64,000 bases of DNA from Candidatus Zixiibacteriota bacterium (GCA_022614805.1 JAKEHY010000002.1:4726-68725); one strand, 5' to 3'. Shown: positions 1 through 12,604, numbered from the stretch's first letter. Numbers and translations are program-made. The notes: generated by a model not told the origin, from the letters alone.

Positions 1-249
1 GGTGATGACGATGGGGGTCGCCTGCGAGCCTTGCCCCGCCAACCGGCGCAAAAGTTCCATTCCCCCCACCCTGGGCATCGCCAAATCGGTGATGAAAAGG
101 GTGGCTTTATTGTTCAAAAGGTAAGGGAAAGCGGCCTCCCCGTCCGGAAAGGAGGTGACGGCAAACCCTTCTTTTTTAAGCGAAAACTCCATCACTCGCA
201 GAAAGGAAGGGTCATCCTCGACCAAAACGACTTCGAGGGGGCTTTTCAA
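1..249 (-). CDS. Response regulator, N-terminal receiver domain (partial, runs off window start)
   Basis: Manual translation from TTG at 249 gives KSPLEVVLVEDDPSFLRVMEFSLKKEG...FITDLAMPRVGGMELL. The start overlaps the kinase stop (TTGA). Not in the ORF track. Confidence 0.85.
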   Translation of the reverse strand, partial: MKSPLEVVLVEDDPSFLRVMEFSLKKEGFAVTSFPDGEAAFPYLLNNKATLFITDLAMPRVGGMELLRRLAGQGSQATPIVIT

Positions 250-1283
250 TTTCCCTCCCAAACCGGGAAAAGCAAAAAGGCGGTCGTCCCTTCCCCCATC
301 CGGGATTCCACCTTCACTTCCCCCTTATGCAGGGAAGCGATACGCTCGACGATTCCAAGGCCAAGCCCCACCCCATCTGTTCGGGTGGTGAAAAAAGGAG
401 TGAAAATTTTTTCCAAATCCTCCGGGGGGATGCCCGGCCCCCGGTCGGCAACGGAAACAAAAACCTGTTCCCCTTCGGAATTGACTCCCGTCGCAATTTT
501 CACCTCCCCTTCCCCCATGGCCTGCATGGCGTTCAGGGCCAAATTCAAGACCGCCTGGCAAAGCTGGTTGGGGTCCCCGAGGACCTTGGACAGCTTTTTG
601 TCCAAATCGACAGAAACCCGGATTTTTTTCCCGGCCGGATGGGACCGTAAAATGGTTTCGGCCTGGCGGACGACCTCGTTCAAGTCGCAGGGGGCGAATT
701 CCTTTTTCTCTATTTTGGAATAGTTCAAAAAATCGTTGACGACTTTGTCCAGTCGGCCGACCTCTTTTTTTAGAATCTCCAAAAACTCACCCTTCTCTTC
801 CGGGCGGGGGTTTTCTTTGGAGAGAATATCGACCGAACCCAGAATCGACGCCAGGGGGGTGCGCATCTCGTGGGCCATCCCGGCCGAAAGTTCCCCCAAA
901 AGCTTCAACCGGTCGGCTCGCAAAAGCTCTTTCTGGGCCTGCCGCAATTTTTCCCTTTGCTCCCGCTCGCGGGCCGCCAAAAAGCCGGTCAGCCCCCCCA
1001 CAATATTATATAGGAGAATGTCGAAAAGGGCGTCTTCCCGCTGGGTGTGAATATGCGCCCACTCGTGCAAAACATGCGGCAGGTAGATGACCGAAATTAC
1101 GGCGGACGTGGCCAGCCCTCCCTTCAATCCGAACCGGAAAGCGGCCAAAAGAATGGGAACGAAGTACAGCTTCCGCCAGACATCGTGCAAAATGGGGCGG
1201 GAAGCCGGAGTCATATAATGTAGAAGGGAGAAAACCGCCACCAGCCCGGCCACCAGGGCTAACTGCTTCCAACTGTTACGCAA
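246..1283 (-). CDS. Membrane sensor histidine kinase
   Basis: N-terminal TM helices, H-box AHEMRTPL, N-box NLALNA, G-boxes DRGPG and GVGLGL. ORF extends to 1331; TTG at 1283 follows a GGAGG. Confidence 0.9.
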   Translation of the reverse strand: MRNSWKQLALVAGLVAVFSLLHYMTPASRPILHDVWRKLYFVPILLAAFRFGLKGGLATSAVISVIYLPHVLHEWAHIHTQREDALFDILLYNIVGGLTGFLAAREREQREKLRQAQKELLRADRLKLLGELSAGMAHEMRTPLASILGSVDILSKENPRPEEKGEFLEILKKEVGRLDKVVNDFLNYSKIEKKEFAPCDLNEVVRQAETILRSHPAGKKIRVSVDLDKKLSKVLGDPNQLCQAVLNLALNAMQAMGEGEVKIATGVNSEGEQVFVSVADRGPGIPPEDLEKIFTPFFTTRTDGVGLGLGIVERIASLHKGEVKVESRMGEGTTAFLLFPVWEGN

Positions 1284-2610
1284 AAACAACTTCCTCCAGG
1301 GTGCGGTACATAAACGCAAGCCCTTCCGCAAAGCCTTGCAAAGAAACCCGCTCGTCGTGGCCGTGCATCCGGGCCTCGTCCGCCTCGGTCAATGGAAATG
1401 GCAAAATGCCGAAACAGGCAACGCCGCTGGCCCGCAGCTCCGCCGAATCGGTGGCGCCCGTGGACATAAAGGGAAAAACCTTCGCCCCGGGCCAGGTCTT
1501 GATTGTCGAGCGGGCCAGCGCTTGAAAAACCTCGTGCGAAGCGGGCGAAGGGGAAACATCCGCGGCTTTCCCCTGCCGGAAGGAAATTTCAACCGTGTCG
1601 TCGCCAACCGCCCGTTTCAGTTCACTGATAAACTCGTCAATCCTTTCCCCCGGCAGAAGCCGGCAGTTCAAAGTCGCCTCCGCTTCCGAGGGCAAAACGT
1701 TTTCCCGTATCCCGGATTTGAAAATGGTCGGGGCAATCGAATTGCGCAGAATCGAATTGAAATAGGGATGTTTGGCCAGCTGCTCGCGGGCAAAAGCCCC
1801 GATGAGCGGGTCCTCCACGTTCCGGGCGAAAAATCCGGTGGGGGAAGCAGGGTCCAATTCGGCCACTCCTTTAAAGACCGCCCTTGTGGTATCATTCAAC
1901 TTCAGCGGGGTCTTGTACTCTTCGATTTTAGCCAACGCCTTGGCCAGCCGGAAGATGGCATTATCCGGAAGGGGGATGGAAGCATGCCCCGGTGTTCCCC
2001 TTACTTTAAGGTGGATGTGATACGGAACTTTTTCGGCGTTCTGAATGGCCACGTATTCCACTTTTCCGTTGTTCAGCTTGACACGTCCCCCTTCGTTGAT
2101 GGCGGCTTCGGCAAAAATCTTCTCCCGATGGTTTTCGATGAGCCAGGAAATGCCCAACTTCCCTCCCGCTTCCTCATCCGCGCAGGCAACAAAGAGAAGG
2201 TCTCGCTTCAAGGGGATTTTGTGGCGGACGATGAGTAAGACCAGTTCGGCAAAAAGCGCCCCCATCCCCTTGTCATCGATAGCCCCGCGGCCGTAAAGAA
2301 AACCATCGTCAACGGTGGCGCCAAAGGGGTCATATTTCCATTTCTCCCTCTCCACGCCGACCACGTCCAGATGGGAAAGCAAAATTAAAGGCCCGGCTTT
2401 TCCCTTCCCTTGCAGGCGGACGACAAGATTGGCCCGGGCCTCCGAGGGCTTGAGAAGTTCCGGCTTCAGGTCCACTTCTTCAAAAAGCTTTTTATAGGAA
2501 AGCGCCGCCGCCAGTTCGTCTCCGGGGGGGTTGACCGTGTTGATGCGGATGACCTCCGAGAGGATTTTGATCCCCTCCTCTCCGGCTTTGGTAAAATCAA
2601 TCTGTGGCAT
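1276..2610 (-). CDS. M20/M25/M40 family metallopeptidase
   Basis: SHLDVV, GRGAIDDKG, ADEE and HGHDE motifs. Confidence 0.9.
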   Translation of the reverse strand: MPQIDFTKAGEEGIKILSEVIRINTVNPPGDELAAALSYKKLFEEVDLKPELLKPSEARANLVVRLQGKGKAGPLILLSHLDVVGVEREKWKYDPFGATVDDGFLYGRGAIDDKGMGALFAELVLLIVRHKIPLKRDLLFVACADEEAGGKLGISWLIENHREKIFAEAAINEGGRVKLNNGKVEYVAIQNAEKVPYHIHLKVRGTPGHASIPLPDNAIFRLAKALAKIEEYKTPLKLNDTTRAVFKGVAELDPASPTGFFARNVEDPLIGAFAREQLAKHPYFNSILRNSIAPTIFKSGIRENVLPSEAEATLNCRLLPGERIDEFISELKRAVGDDTVEISFRQGKAADVSPSPASHEVFQALARSTIKTWPGAKVFPFMSTGATDSAELRASGVACFGILPFPLTEADEARMHGHDERVSLQGFAEGLAFMYRTLEEVVFA

Positions 2611-2768
2611 ACATCTCCGTCAAACAGTTGTCTCCCCAATATACCGCTCCGGTCGGCATAATCAACTTCCGGCGGACGGCCAATCTGCCAGCCGGTTTCG
2701 GCGCGCCTTCCCCAAAAATCCCGGTTCCCTTTTCGGCAACTCAAAGCAGGGTTTTATCTTGGAACAAT

Positions 2769-2784
2769 TGTTTCACGTGAAACA
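2769..2784. promoter_or_regulatory. parS centromere-like site
   Basis: Perfect palindrome TGTTTCACGTGAAACA, intergenic. Confidence 0.9.
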
Positions 2785-2945
2785 ACTTAGCCAACCCACC
2801 TCTCCGAGGAGGGCCCAATCCTCGATTGACTTGAGGCGCGTTAAAGCTTAGCTTTAGGGTAGCGAGAGAGGCGGAAGACGGCCCGAGCCGTTTCCGGGAG
2901 GCGATGGTTCAATCCAAGAGGAAAAACTGCCGAAGTTAGAAATGG

Positions 2946-4289
2946 ATGAGCATGCCCGATTTTGACACGTCCGAAAAGCTGCCCGAAAAAGTGGAGGTTT
3001 TGCGCCAAGCCGTGGAAGCCAAAATCACCCAGTTGACCGAGGCCAACCGGGCGCACCGGCGCAAAATCTTCGACCTCTACACCATTTTTGAAATTTCCCG
3101 GCATTTGAACGGAATGCTGGAAACGGAGTCGCTTTTGGACTCCATTTTGCTCACCGCCATCGGCCAGATAGGGGTCTCCGGCGCCGCCATCGCCATAGAG
3201 AAAAACCGGGAGGAGGGCCGGCTCACTTTCGTCAAAGCCAAAGGCATTTTGAGCAGCCGTTGGGAGGGGATTTCCTGCGACAAGGGCGGCGTTCTGTGTC
3301 AATTTCTCTTGCGCCGCAATCAGGCCATCCTGTTGAAGGAGTTGGAGGAAAAAATCGGCGGCCAGACCGGCGAGGTGGAAAAGCTGAAAACCGTCGAGGC
3401 GGAACTGGTGATTCCCCTCTCGGTTAAAAACCGGCTGGAGGGGATTTTGGTGCTCGCCGGAAAAATCTCCGGCCTCCCCTTTGCCGAAAACGACACCGAG
3501 TTTCTTTCCATTCTGGCCAACCAGCTGGCGGTGACGGTCGAAAACGCCCGGCTCTACGAAATGGAGAAAAACTCCAACCTGCAACTGCGCGAAACCCAGA
3601 ACCAGCTCATCCGGCTGGAAAAACTGGCCGCTTTGGGGGAGCTTTCCGCCACCATCGCCCACGAGGTCAACAACCCTTTGGGCATCATCAAAAATTATCT
3701 GGCCCTGATTTCCCAAGAGCTCACTCCGGAAGACCCCAATTATCCCTTCTATCAGGTTATCAAGGAGGAGGTGGACCGCATCGCCAAAATCGTCCGGCAG
3801 CTTTTGGATTTTTACCGGCCGAAAGCGGAAGAAATTGCCTCCGTGGACCTTTCCCGGATTCTGGACGAAACCGTCGTGCTGCTTGAAAAACAGCTGGCCT
3901 CCTCCAACATCGAAGTGGTAAAAAATCTCCCCCGCCACCTGCCCAAAATCGAGGCCTCCCCGGCCCAGTTAAAACAGGTTTTTCTGAATCTCTTGATGAA
4001 CGCACGCGAAGTGATGCCGGAGGGAGGCCGGCTGGAGGTCACCACCCGCTCCGAAAACGGCTACGTGGAGGCCGAAGTGGCCGACAGCGGGGAGGGGATT
4101 CCCCCGGAAAATCTGGAGAAAATTTTTGAACCGTTTTTCACCACCAAAAGGGAAAAAGGGGGCACCGGGCTGGGGCTTTCCGTTTGCCTGGGCATCGTCA
4201 GCAAAACCGGGGGCACCATCCGGGCCAGGAATCGAACGCCCAAAGGGGCGGCCTTCATCGTCCGGGTGCCGGTGAAAGAAAAGGTATGA
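2946..4289 (+). CDS. GAF-domain sensor histidine kinase (cytoplasmic)
   Basis: GAF-like region, [25 protein letters not shown]. Confidence 0.9.
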   Translation: MSMPDFDTSEKLPEKVEVLRQAVEAKITQLTEANRAHRRKIFDLYTIFEISRHLNGMLETESLLDSILLTAIGQIGVSGAAIAIEKNREEGRLTFVKAKGILSSRWEGISCDKGGVLCQFLLRRNQAILLKELEEKIGGQTGEVEKLKTVEAELVIPLSVKNRLEGILVLAGKISGLPFAENDTEFLSILANQLAVTVENARLYEMEKNSNLQLRETQNQLIRLEKLAALGELSATIAHEVNNPLGIIKNYLALISQELTPEDPNYPFYQVIKEEVDRIAKIVRQLLDFYRPKAEEIASVDLSRILDETVVLLEKQLASSNIEVVKNLPRHLPKIEASPAQLKQVFLNLLMNAREVMPEGGRLEVTTRSENGYVEAEVADSGEGIPPENLEKIFEPFFTTKREKGGTGLGLSVCLGIVSKTGGTIRARNRTPKGAAFIVRVPVKEKV

Positions 4290-6355
4290 AAAGGGTTTTA
4301 ATCGTCGACGACGAGGAGCGGATTTGCCAGTCCCTTTCGGCCCTGTTGGGCCGGGAGGGATATTCCATCGAAACCGCTACCAATGGCGAAGCCGCCATCG
4401 CCAAAATCGCAGCGACTTCCTACGACCTGATTTTATCGGATATCAAAATGCCCAAGGCAGATGGAATGACCGTTTTGAAAAGGGCACGTCAAGCCGACCC
4501 GGAGGCGCTGGTGGTTTTGATGACCGGCTACGCCTCATTGGAGTCGGCCATAGCGGCCGTTTCCTCGGGGGCTTACGAGTACATTATGAAACCGGTCGAG
4601 ATTGAAGAACTGAAGCGGCTGGTCAAGCGGGCCGTCGACAAACGCGAAGTCGATTTGGCCAAACGGACGTTGATGGTCGAGTTGTCCGAAACCAATCAGC
4701 GCTTGAAGCGGGAAATTTCGCATAAGGAAGCCCTCTATCAGGCCGCCCTGTCGCTTTCGGCCAGCCAAAAGTTAGACGGGCTATTGCAGCGAATCGTTAC
4801 CCTGGCGGCCGGCGTTTTGGGCGCCCGGGTCGGCTCCATAATGCTTTTGGACCCCGAGGGAAAATTCCTTTCAATCCGCGCCGCCCTGGGGCTCTCGTCC
4901 GAGATAATCGAAACTACCCGGCTGGAGCTCGGCGCCTCTATTGCCGGTCGTGCCGCCCAGTCCGGCCTGCCGATTTTGGTGAAGGACTTGGAAACCGACC
5001 CCCGCTTTGCCCGCGCCAGCCTGCAGAAGTACGAGACCAAATCCCTTTTGTCCGTGCCTCTAAAGCTGGGAGAAAAGGTTTTGGGGGTTTTGAACCTGGC
5101 GGACAAGCAGGATGCCAGTTCCTTTACCGAAGAGGACTTGAACCTGCTTTCCGCCTTCGCGTCTTTGGCCGCTCTGGCGCTTTCCGATGCCCAGAACTAT
5201 CAGGAGAGCCGGGCCAAGGTGGCCGAGCTTTCCGCCTTATACCAGATTGCCACCCGGCTCTCCAACCTGGACCGCTACGAGGAGATGACCCGGATTGTGG
5301 TGGAAACTCTGGGGAAGTTGATGGAAATCCAGACCGGTTTGTGGTTCACCTACGACCCGGAAAAGGAAAAATTGCAGCTCGCTTCCGAGGTGGGGCAAAA
5401 CCACCGCCCCCGCTCATCCCCGCTGGAGCTCCCCCTCTCCAAAGCCGAGGCCGAGGCCGAAGACCGCGCCCTCTTCCGCTCCCATCTTTCAATGAAAATT
5501 GAAAAGGCCTACGGCCAAAAGATGCACTTTCTTTTGTTGCCGCTTTTCGGGCCGAAGATGCTGGACGGCGTTTTGGTTTTGGGCCGGGCCGACCGGAAAC
5601 GCTACACGGAGGAGGAGGAACGGCTCGCCTTGATTGTCACTTCCCAAGCCGCCACCGTGTTCGAGCGCCAGCGCTCGATTTTGAACGCCGCCCGGCTGGT
5701 GACGATGGGGAATATGATGACCGAAATTACCCACGATTTGAAAAAACCGCTGACCAACGTGCGGGGGGGGCTGCAGATTCTGCGGGACAAATGGGACGAG
5801 CTGGAGGAAAAGGACAAAATTCTGGCCTCGCTGGAGCAGGAGGCGATGCGTCTGTCCGATATGGTCAAGGAGTTGTTGGACTTTTCCAACCCCCGCAAAT
5901 ACGAGCGCCAGCCCAAAAATCTGGCCGACCTGGTGCGGCGGGCCTTGAAGCTGGTGGAGGGGGATTTGGCCAAAAAGAACGTCCGGCTGGAGCTTTCGCT
6001 GTCGGAGGATTTGCCCCGGGTTTTGGTGAACGAAAACGAAATCGTGGAGTTGATTTTGAATATGGTGCTGAACGCCCTGGAAAGCCTGCCGGAAGGAAAG
6101 CGGTTGACCCTAACGCTTTCGCCCGTCAAGCACGGCCAGGAAAAATACGTCCGCTTTACGATTTCGGACGAAGGGGCCGGCATCGAGCCGGAGCATTTGA
6201 GCCGGATTTTCGAGCGCTACTTCACCACCAAGGAGTCCGGCACCGGCTTGGGGCTGGCAATTGTCGACCGCATCGTCAAAGCCCACGGCGGGAAGATTGA
6301 CGTGGATTCCACCCCCGGCATTGGCACCACCTTCAAAATCGATTTCCCGTACTAA
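4286..6355 (+). CDS. Hybrid receiver-GAF-GAF-histidine kinase
   Basis: ATGA overlap at 4286; [10 protein letters not shown] receiver, two GAF-like regions, THDLKKPL H-box, HATPase. Confidence 0.88.
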   Translation: MKRVLIVDDEERICQSLSALLGREGYSIETATNGEAAIAKIAATSYDLILSDIKMPKADGMTVLKRARQADPEALVVLMTGYASLESAIAAVSSGAYEYIMKPVEIEELKRLVKRAVDKREVDLAKRTLMVELSETNQRLKREISHKEALYQAALSLSASQKLDGLLQRIVTLAAGVLGARVGSIMLLDPEGKFLSIRAALGLSSEIIETTRLELGASIAGRAAQSGLPILVKDLETDPRFARASLQKYETKSLLSVPLKLGEKVLGVLNLADKQDASSFTEEDLNLLSAFASLAALALSDAQNYQESRAKVAELSALYQIATRLSNLDRYEEMTRIVVETLGKLMEIQTGLWFTYDPEKEKLQLASEVGQNHRPRSSPLELPLSKAEAEAEDRALFRSHLSMKIEKAYGQKMHFLLLPLFGPKMLDGVLVLGRADRKRYTEEEERLALIVTSQAATVFERQRSILNAARLVTMGNMMTEITHDLKKPLTNVRGGLQILRDKWDELEEKDKILASLEQEAMRLSDMVKELLDFSNPRKYERQPKNLADLVRRALKLVEGDLAKKNVRLELSLSEDLPRVLVNENEIVELILNMVLNALESLPEGKRLTLTLSPVKHGQEKYVRFTISDEGAGIEPEHLSRIFERYFTTKESGTGLGLAIVDRIVKAHGGKIDVDSTPGIGTTFKIDFPY

Positions 6356-6378
6356 AGTTTCTGGAATAAACGGTAAAC

Positions 6379-6403
6379 GTAGGGGCACAATATATTGTGC
6401 CCT
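6379..6403. repeat. GTAG-type REP-like palindrome
   Basis: GTAGGGGCACAATATATTGTGCCCT between convergent genes. Confidence 0.6.
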
Positions 6404-6410
6404 TTTGCCA

Positions 6411-7931
6411 TCAGCACGGCGCTGGCGCAGACGAAAACACCATTCGCAGCAAAATCACAATATCCGCCCCTGAAAGCCGTCCATCGCAATTCAAATCGCA
6501 AGCCGCAGGTGCCGCCGGTAGCGGTACACCTGAAAACGTGTAGTTGACACAGAAAATGACGTCTTCAAAACTCAAAATTCCATCCAAATTCAAATCACCT
6601 TTTAATTGGGGAAGGGGAGCATATTTGATGGTGAGAAAATCATTCTTGGTGGAGCCGGTAACAAAAACATTTCCTTTTCCATCAACGGCTATTGCATTGC
6701 CAACCGTGTTGTAATCGTATTCCTCGTCACCATATCGCTTTTCCCAAAGCAAATCTCCTTCTGGGTCATATTTAATAGTAGCAACATACCAGGCATCATA
6801 TCCGGTGATGTAGATATTTCCCGTGCTGTCCAAAGCCATAGCTTTTGGTTCCCTCGGCTGTCCAAAATTGATTCCTCTATATGCCCGATACCAAAGTTGA
6901 GTTCCTCCTGAATCGTATTTTATAGCTGTCCAAGCTATGTCATCAGGAACAGAAAAGTAATTACCCACCACGTAAGCATTGCCTTGTTTGTCAGAAGCAA
7001 CAAAAGACGCTCCTTGAGACTCCTCCGCTCTACTATTAGAACGTTTAAGCCAAAGCTGATTTCCAGCGGAGTCATATTTGATGGTCGCATAATTACTGTC
7101 GCTGCCGCCCGTAACATAAACATTGCCATTCGACCCTACGGCTACGTCAATGGCAACGTCGTTGCCATTTGACGGCCCGTCGTAGCGTCTGACCCATAAG
7201 GTATCTCCATTGGGAGCATACTTGATGGTGGCATAATCATAGGAGGTTCCGCCCCAGCTTTTCCCGGTCACATAAACGTTCCCTAAAGCATCTACCTCTA
7301 TGGCGTATGAGTCATCGTCGGAATCTCCTGGACCATTATATCTCTTCACCCATACCTCATTACCTAAAGAATCATATTTTATGGTGGCATAGTCATAGGT
7401 TGAGCCAACATCGGCGCTTCGTCCGGTGATATAGACATTGCCGGAGTTATCTATGGCTAAACTCGGCTCTTCCTCATTATCATTTCCGGGTCCATTGTAT
7501 CTTCTTACCCAAGCCGTATCCCCATTCGGATAATACTTGATGGCGGCAAAATCCTGGCTTGTGCCAAAACCATTACTTTCGCCGGCAACATAGATATTAC
7601 CGAAGCTGTCAACATCTATTGCGTAGGCATAATCGCCAAAACCGCCGGGGCCATTGTATCTTCTTAACCAAGCCGTATCCCCATTCGGCAAATATTTTAT
7701 GGTACAGTAATCGTAGCCGGTGGTGCTGTCGAAGCTGGAGCCGGTGACGTAAACGTTGCCGCTTGAATCGATGGCGATGGCGACGGCCCTGTCATCCCCG
7801 TTCCCCGGCCCGGTGTACCGCCGCACCCAGGCGGTGTCAACTTCCTGGGAAAAAGCAAAGCAGGGCCACAGGCAAAATAGGGTGCAAAGGGAGAGTGCGA
7901 TTCTGGCTGGGATTTTTGAAAGGCGGGGCAT
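6411..7931 (-). CDS. Secreted SBBP beta-propeller repeat protein with C-terminal dockerin-like domain
   Basis: Signal peptide, repeated D..GNVYVTG...DYATIKY...G...W units, C-terminal GDLNLDG / DLNCDG...ADIV. Confidence 0.85.
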   Translation of the reverse strand: MPRLSKIPARIALSLCTLFCLWPCFAFSQEVDTAWVRRYTGPGNGDDRAVAIAIDSSGNVYVTGSSFDSTTGYDYCTIKYLPNGDTAWLRRYNGPGGFGDYAYAIDVDSFGNIYVAGESNGFGTSQDFAAIKYYPNGDTAWVRRYNGPGNDNEEEPSLAIDNSGNVYITGRSADVGSTYDYATIKYDSLGNEVWVKRYNGPGDSDDDSYAIEVDALGNVYVTGKSWGGTSYDYATIKYAPNGDTLWVRRYDGPSNGNDVAIDVAVGSNGNVYVTGGSDSNYATIKYDSAGNQLWLKRSNSRAEESQGASFVASDKQGNAYVVGNYFSVPDDIAWTAIKYDSGGTQLWYRAYRGINFGQPREPKAMALDSTGNIYITGYDAWYVATIKYDPEGDLLWEKRYGDEEYDYNTVGNAIAVDGKGNVFVTGSTKNDFLTIKYAPLPQLKGDLNLDGILSFEDVIFCVNYTFSGVPLPAAPAACDLNCDGRLSGADIVILLRMVFSSAPAPC

Positions 7932-8025
7932 CTTGGGTTTTCTCCCGCTGGTTGGGAATAATATAGTAGAAAAGCAACGAAGGAAAGCAAGAAAAATTAC
8001 CCCCTCCGGGCTGGCGGTTGGTTTA

Positions 8026-8158
8026 ACCTCCCCTTAATCCCCTCCTTCGTAAGGAGGGGACAAAGAAAGGCAGTGATTGAAGATTAGAGGGGAAATGGGC
8101 GGTTCGTGAACCGCCCCTACAAATACAAAGATGGGCAACCACTGAGAGTTGCCCCTAC
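8026..8158. repeat. Cluster of intergenic palindromic repeats (CCCCTCC-type hairpin plus two CCCCTAC-ending REP-like units)
   Basis: cccctccttcgtaaggagggg; gggcggttcgtgaaccgcccctac; gggcaaccactgagagttgcccctac. Confidence 0.65.
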
Positions 8159-8172
8159 AAAAAAAGAAAGAA

Positions 8173-9093
8173 TTAAATCTTGATTCCGGCTTTTACATCT
8201 CCGGTTTTATCAGAATAGGCGAACGCCATCCTTGGCGTGTTGTGATAAAGCCCGATTTGGCCTTTGGGCGTGACTAAAATCGCTCCGCCGTAGCCATCCA
8301 CCCGCCGCCGCATCTCTTCCACTGCCCTTTTGACGGCCACACGCGCAGATGCTCCGCCCTCGAGGTAGGACAAAACCCGTCTTGCCAGCCCAATGCGAAT
8401 AATCCCCTCTCCCCAACCGGTGCAGCTTACTGCACCCAACGTATTGTCCGCATAAGTTCCTGCTCCAATGACGGGCGTGTCGCCGACCCGCCCGGCCATC
8501 TTACGCGGGGTGCCGCCGGTGGAGGTAGCAGCAGCCAGATTGCCCCAAGAATCGAGGGCGACTGCCCCGACAGTCCCTTTGGGATGGCCGGAAAAAACTG
8601 TCTTGGCGTGAAATCCTTTCTTTTTCCTCAATTTTTTCCAGAGTCCCAGCTCTCGGCCCGTCAAAAGCGCCGTGGTGGGGCAAAATTTCGTCCCCATTTT
8701 CCGAGCGAATTTTTCCGCCCCGGTTCCGACCAGCAACAAATGGTCGGTCTTCTCCATTATTTTCCGGGCAAATGTGACTGGATGGAGCAGCCGGCGGACG
8801 GCGGCCACTGCCCCGGCTTTGAGCTTGGCTCCATCCATTATGGAAGCATCCAACTCCACTTCGCCATCTTCGTTCAAGAAAGAACCGCACCCGGCATCAA
8901 AGGTGGGGTCGGCTTCCAACTGCCGCACGGCGGCTTCTACTGCATCCAAGGCCGGACCGCCGGACTGCAAAACCTCCAGCCCGACCCGACACCCCATCCG
9001 GCACCCTTCGATATGTTCCGGCCAAGTTGCTTTTGGTATATCCCACGCCCCGCCGTGTACGACTATGACCGGTTGAGTTTTTTTCTTTGGCAT
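8173..9093 (-). CDS. iaaA: Isoaspartyl peptidase / L-asparaginase (Ntn hydrolase)
   Basis: VHGGAW, ELDASIMDG, GTVGAVA nucleophile Thr, STGG, GRVGD. Confidence 0.9.
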   Translation of the reverse strand: MPKKKTQPVIVVHGGAWDIPKATWPEHIEGCRMGCRVGLEVLQSGGPALDAVEAAVRQLEADPTFDAGCGSFLNEDGEVELDASIMDGAKLKAGAVAAVRRLLHPVTFARKIMEKTDHLLLVGTGAEKFARKMGTKFCPTTALLTGRELGLWKKLRKKKGFHAKTVFSGHPKGTVGAVALDSWGNLAAATSTGGTPRKMAGRVGDTPVIGAGTYADNTLGAVSCTGWGEGIIRIGLARRVLSYLEGGASARVAVKRAVEEMRRRVDGYGGAILVTPKGQIGLYHNTPRMAFAYSDKTGDVKAGIKI

Positions 9094-9233
9094 TGGGGCG
9101 GGCAAGGTATTCGATTTCTCTTTTTATTGCAAGAGAGGTGACCCCACCCCTGTCCCCCTCAAGGGGAGGGAAATGACTGCTTTAAGATTAAAAAAATCCA
9201 CTTGATTTTTTGACTAAAAATGTGTATATACTG

Positions 9234-9260
9234 TTAGCACTCATCGAAAATGAGTGCTAA
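9234..9260 (+). promoter_or_regulatory. CIRCE element (HrcA operator)
   Basis: TTAGCACTC-N9-GAGTGCTAA, perfect consensus upstream of groES. Confidence 0.97.
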
Positions 9261-9315
9261 CAGTATAAGTTAAGTTGTTGAAAAACAATAACATAAATGT
9301 AAAAGGAGGAAGTAT

Positions 9316-9606
9316 ATGCAAATAAGACCTTTAGCCGACCGGGTCGTAATCAAGCCGATTGACGAGACCGAGGTTAAAAAGGGCGGGATTATCATCCCCG
9401 ACACCGCCAAGGAGAAACCGCAGGAAGGGGAAATCGTCGAAGTCGGCCCCGGCCGGATTACCGACGACGGCAAAAAAATTTCCCTCGAAGTGAAAAAAGG
9501 GGACAAAGTGCTGTACGGTAAATACTCCGGCACGGAGATCACCGTTGACAACGCCGATTATTTGATTCTGCGCGAGACGGACATTTTAGCGGTTTTTGAA
9601 AAGTAG
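9316..9606 (+). CDS. groES: Co-chaperonin GroES
   Basis: [33 protein letters not shown]. Confidence 0.98.
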   Translation: MQIRPLADRVVIKPIDETEVKKGGIIIPDTAKEKPQEGEIVEVGPGRITDDGKKISLEVKKGDKVLYGKYSGTEITVDNADYLILRETDILAVFEK

Positions 9607-9608
9607 GC

Positions 9609-9636
9609 GTAAGGGCGGTTCGTGAACCGCCCCTAC
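9609..9636. repeat. REP-like palindrome between groES and groEL
   Basis: gtaagggcggttcgtgaaccgcccctac; 24-nt core identical to 8097-8120. Confidence 0.7.
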
Positions 9637-9660
9637 AACAATCTGAAGAAAAGGAGATAA

Positions 9661-11295
<1,635 letters not shown>

Positions 11296-11313
11296 ACCGA
11301 AACAGGGAAACAA

Positions 11314-11346
11314 AAGAACCCCCCGGCTTTGGCCGGGGGGTTCTTT
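11314..11346 (+). terminator. Rho-independent terminator
   Basis: aagaaccccccggc-tttg-gccggggggttcttt hairpin after groEL. Confidence 0.8.
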
Positions 11347-11360
11347 ATTGTTGTGTCTTT

Positions 11361-11407
11361 CGTAGGCGGCATTTTAATGCCGCTGCCGGGTTAAAACCCG
11401 GCCTACG
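11361..11407. repeat. GTAG...CTAC REP doublet
   Basis: cgtaggcggcattttaatgccgc + gccgggttaaaacccggcctacg. Confidence 0.6.
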
Positions 11408-11419
11408 AAATTTTCAGGA

Positions 11420-11773
11420 TTATTTGTTCGGATAGCTCGCCGTCACTACCGTGTGGATGTTGCCGCGGGGGTTGAAATCGCCGACAATGGTCATTTTGCG
11501 GGGGGATAAAATTTTGACCAAATCCTCCAGAATCCGGTTGACGGCGTTTTCGTGGAAAATTCCCACGTCCCGAAAACTCTGGATGTAGAACTTCAGCGTT
11601 TTCAACTCGATGCATTTTTTATCCGGGACGTAGTCGATTTTAATCACAGCGAAATCCGGCAGGCCGGAGCGGGGGCAGACGCAGGTGAACTCCGGGCAGG
11701 AGATGGAAATGACGTAGTCCCGCCCGGGATATTGATTCTCAAACGCCTCCAGAATTTCCGGCTTGATGGGCAC
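11420..11773 (-). CDS. queF: PreQ0 reductase QueF (short type)
   Basis: PEFTCVCPRSGLPDFA, ELKTLKFY, HE, FNPRG. Confidence 0.93.
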   Translation of the reverse strand: MPIKPEILEAFENQYPGRDYVISISCPEFTCVCPRSGLPDFAVIKIDYVPDKKCIELKTLKFYIQSFRDVGIFHENAVNRILEDLVKILSPRKMTIVGDFNPRGNIHTVVTASYPNK

Positions 11774-11842
11774 GTTTTCTATATAAGAAAACCGGTTTTG
11801 GATGGCAAGAGGAAGGAAAAAACGAAAATTTGAAGAAAAAAA

Positions 11843-12604
11843 CTACGCGGCCGAGCCGTCTTCGCCGTGCTGAAAATTGGCCGGATGGACGCTCTCAATC
11901 GCGCGGTACAGCTCTTCCAGTTTGAACGGCTTTTTCAACAGCCACTCGGCTCCGGCGGAGGTGGTCTCCGTTTCCGAAAAACTCTGGCCGGTAATCAAAG
12001 CCACCGGCAGATAGGGATTTTCCCTCTTCAGCCGGTTCAAAAGCTCCACCCCGTGGAGGTCCGGCAAATTCAAATCCAGAATGGCGAAGCGCACGGGGTA
12101 CTCTTTGGCGAATTTCAAAGCCTGGGCGGCATTGCAGGCCTTCAAGGGGGCATATCCCCGGGTCTTCAAGCTGTCCCCCAAAAATTCCAAAAATATCGGG
12201 TCATCCTCCACCACCAAAACCACCACCGCGTCTGACTTTTTCCCCAAAACTTCCTCCATCGCCTGCTCGATTTGAGAAATCCGGAAGGGTTTGGTCAAAA
12301 GCGCCGCCGCCCCGGCCGAACGCGCCCCCTGCAAAAAGTCTTCGTACACGTTGCCGGTAATCATCACCACCGGCAGGCCGGCTTTCTTTTTCTGCAGCTC
12401 GGCCAGCAGCTCGATGCCGCTTATCTCCGGCATCACGATGTCGGAAATGACCAAATCGAACTTTTCGGTGTCTATTTTTTTCAGGGCGGTCCGGGCGTTG
12501 AAAGCCCCTTCCGCCTGGTAGCCAATGGCTCCGAGCGTTTCCACCAACAGTTCGCAGATGCGGCGGTCGTCGTCCACGACCAGAATCCGGGCCGGTTCGG
12601 GCAT
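11843..12604 (-). CDS. Tandem receiver-receiver response regulator
   Basis: Two REC domains (ILVVDDD...SDIVMP...KPF; VLVVEDD...LDLNLP...KPF), no output domain. Confidence 0.85.
   Translation of the reverse strand: MPEPARILVVDDDRRICELLVETLGAIGYQAEGAFNARTALKKIDTEKFDLVISDIVMPEISGIELLAELQKKKAGLPVVMITGNVYEDFLQGARSAGAAALLTKPFRISQIEQAMEEVLGKKSDAVVVLVVEDDPIFLEFLGDSLKTRGYAPLKACNAAQALKFAKEYPVRFAILDLNLPDLHGVELLNRLKRENPYLPVALITGQSFSETETTSAGAEWLLKKPFKLEELYRAIESVHPANFQHGEDGSAA

Noticed and set aside
2841..3938. Long antisense ORFs (also 12915-14162, 17337-18479, 20720-21733, 22446-23249)
   Set aside because: Shadow frames of well-supported GC-rich genes on the opposite strand, with no recognisable motifs.
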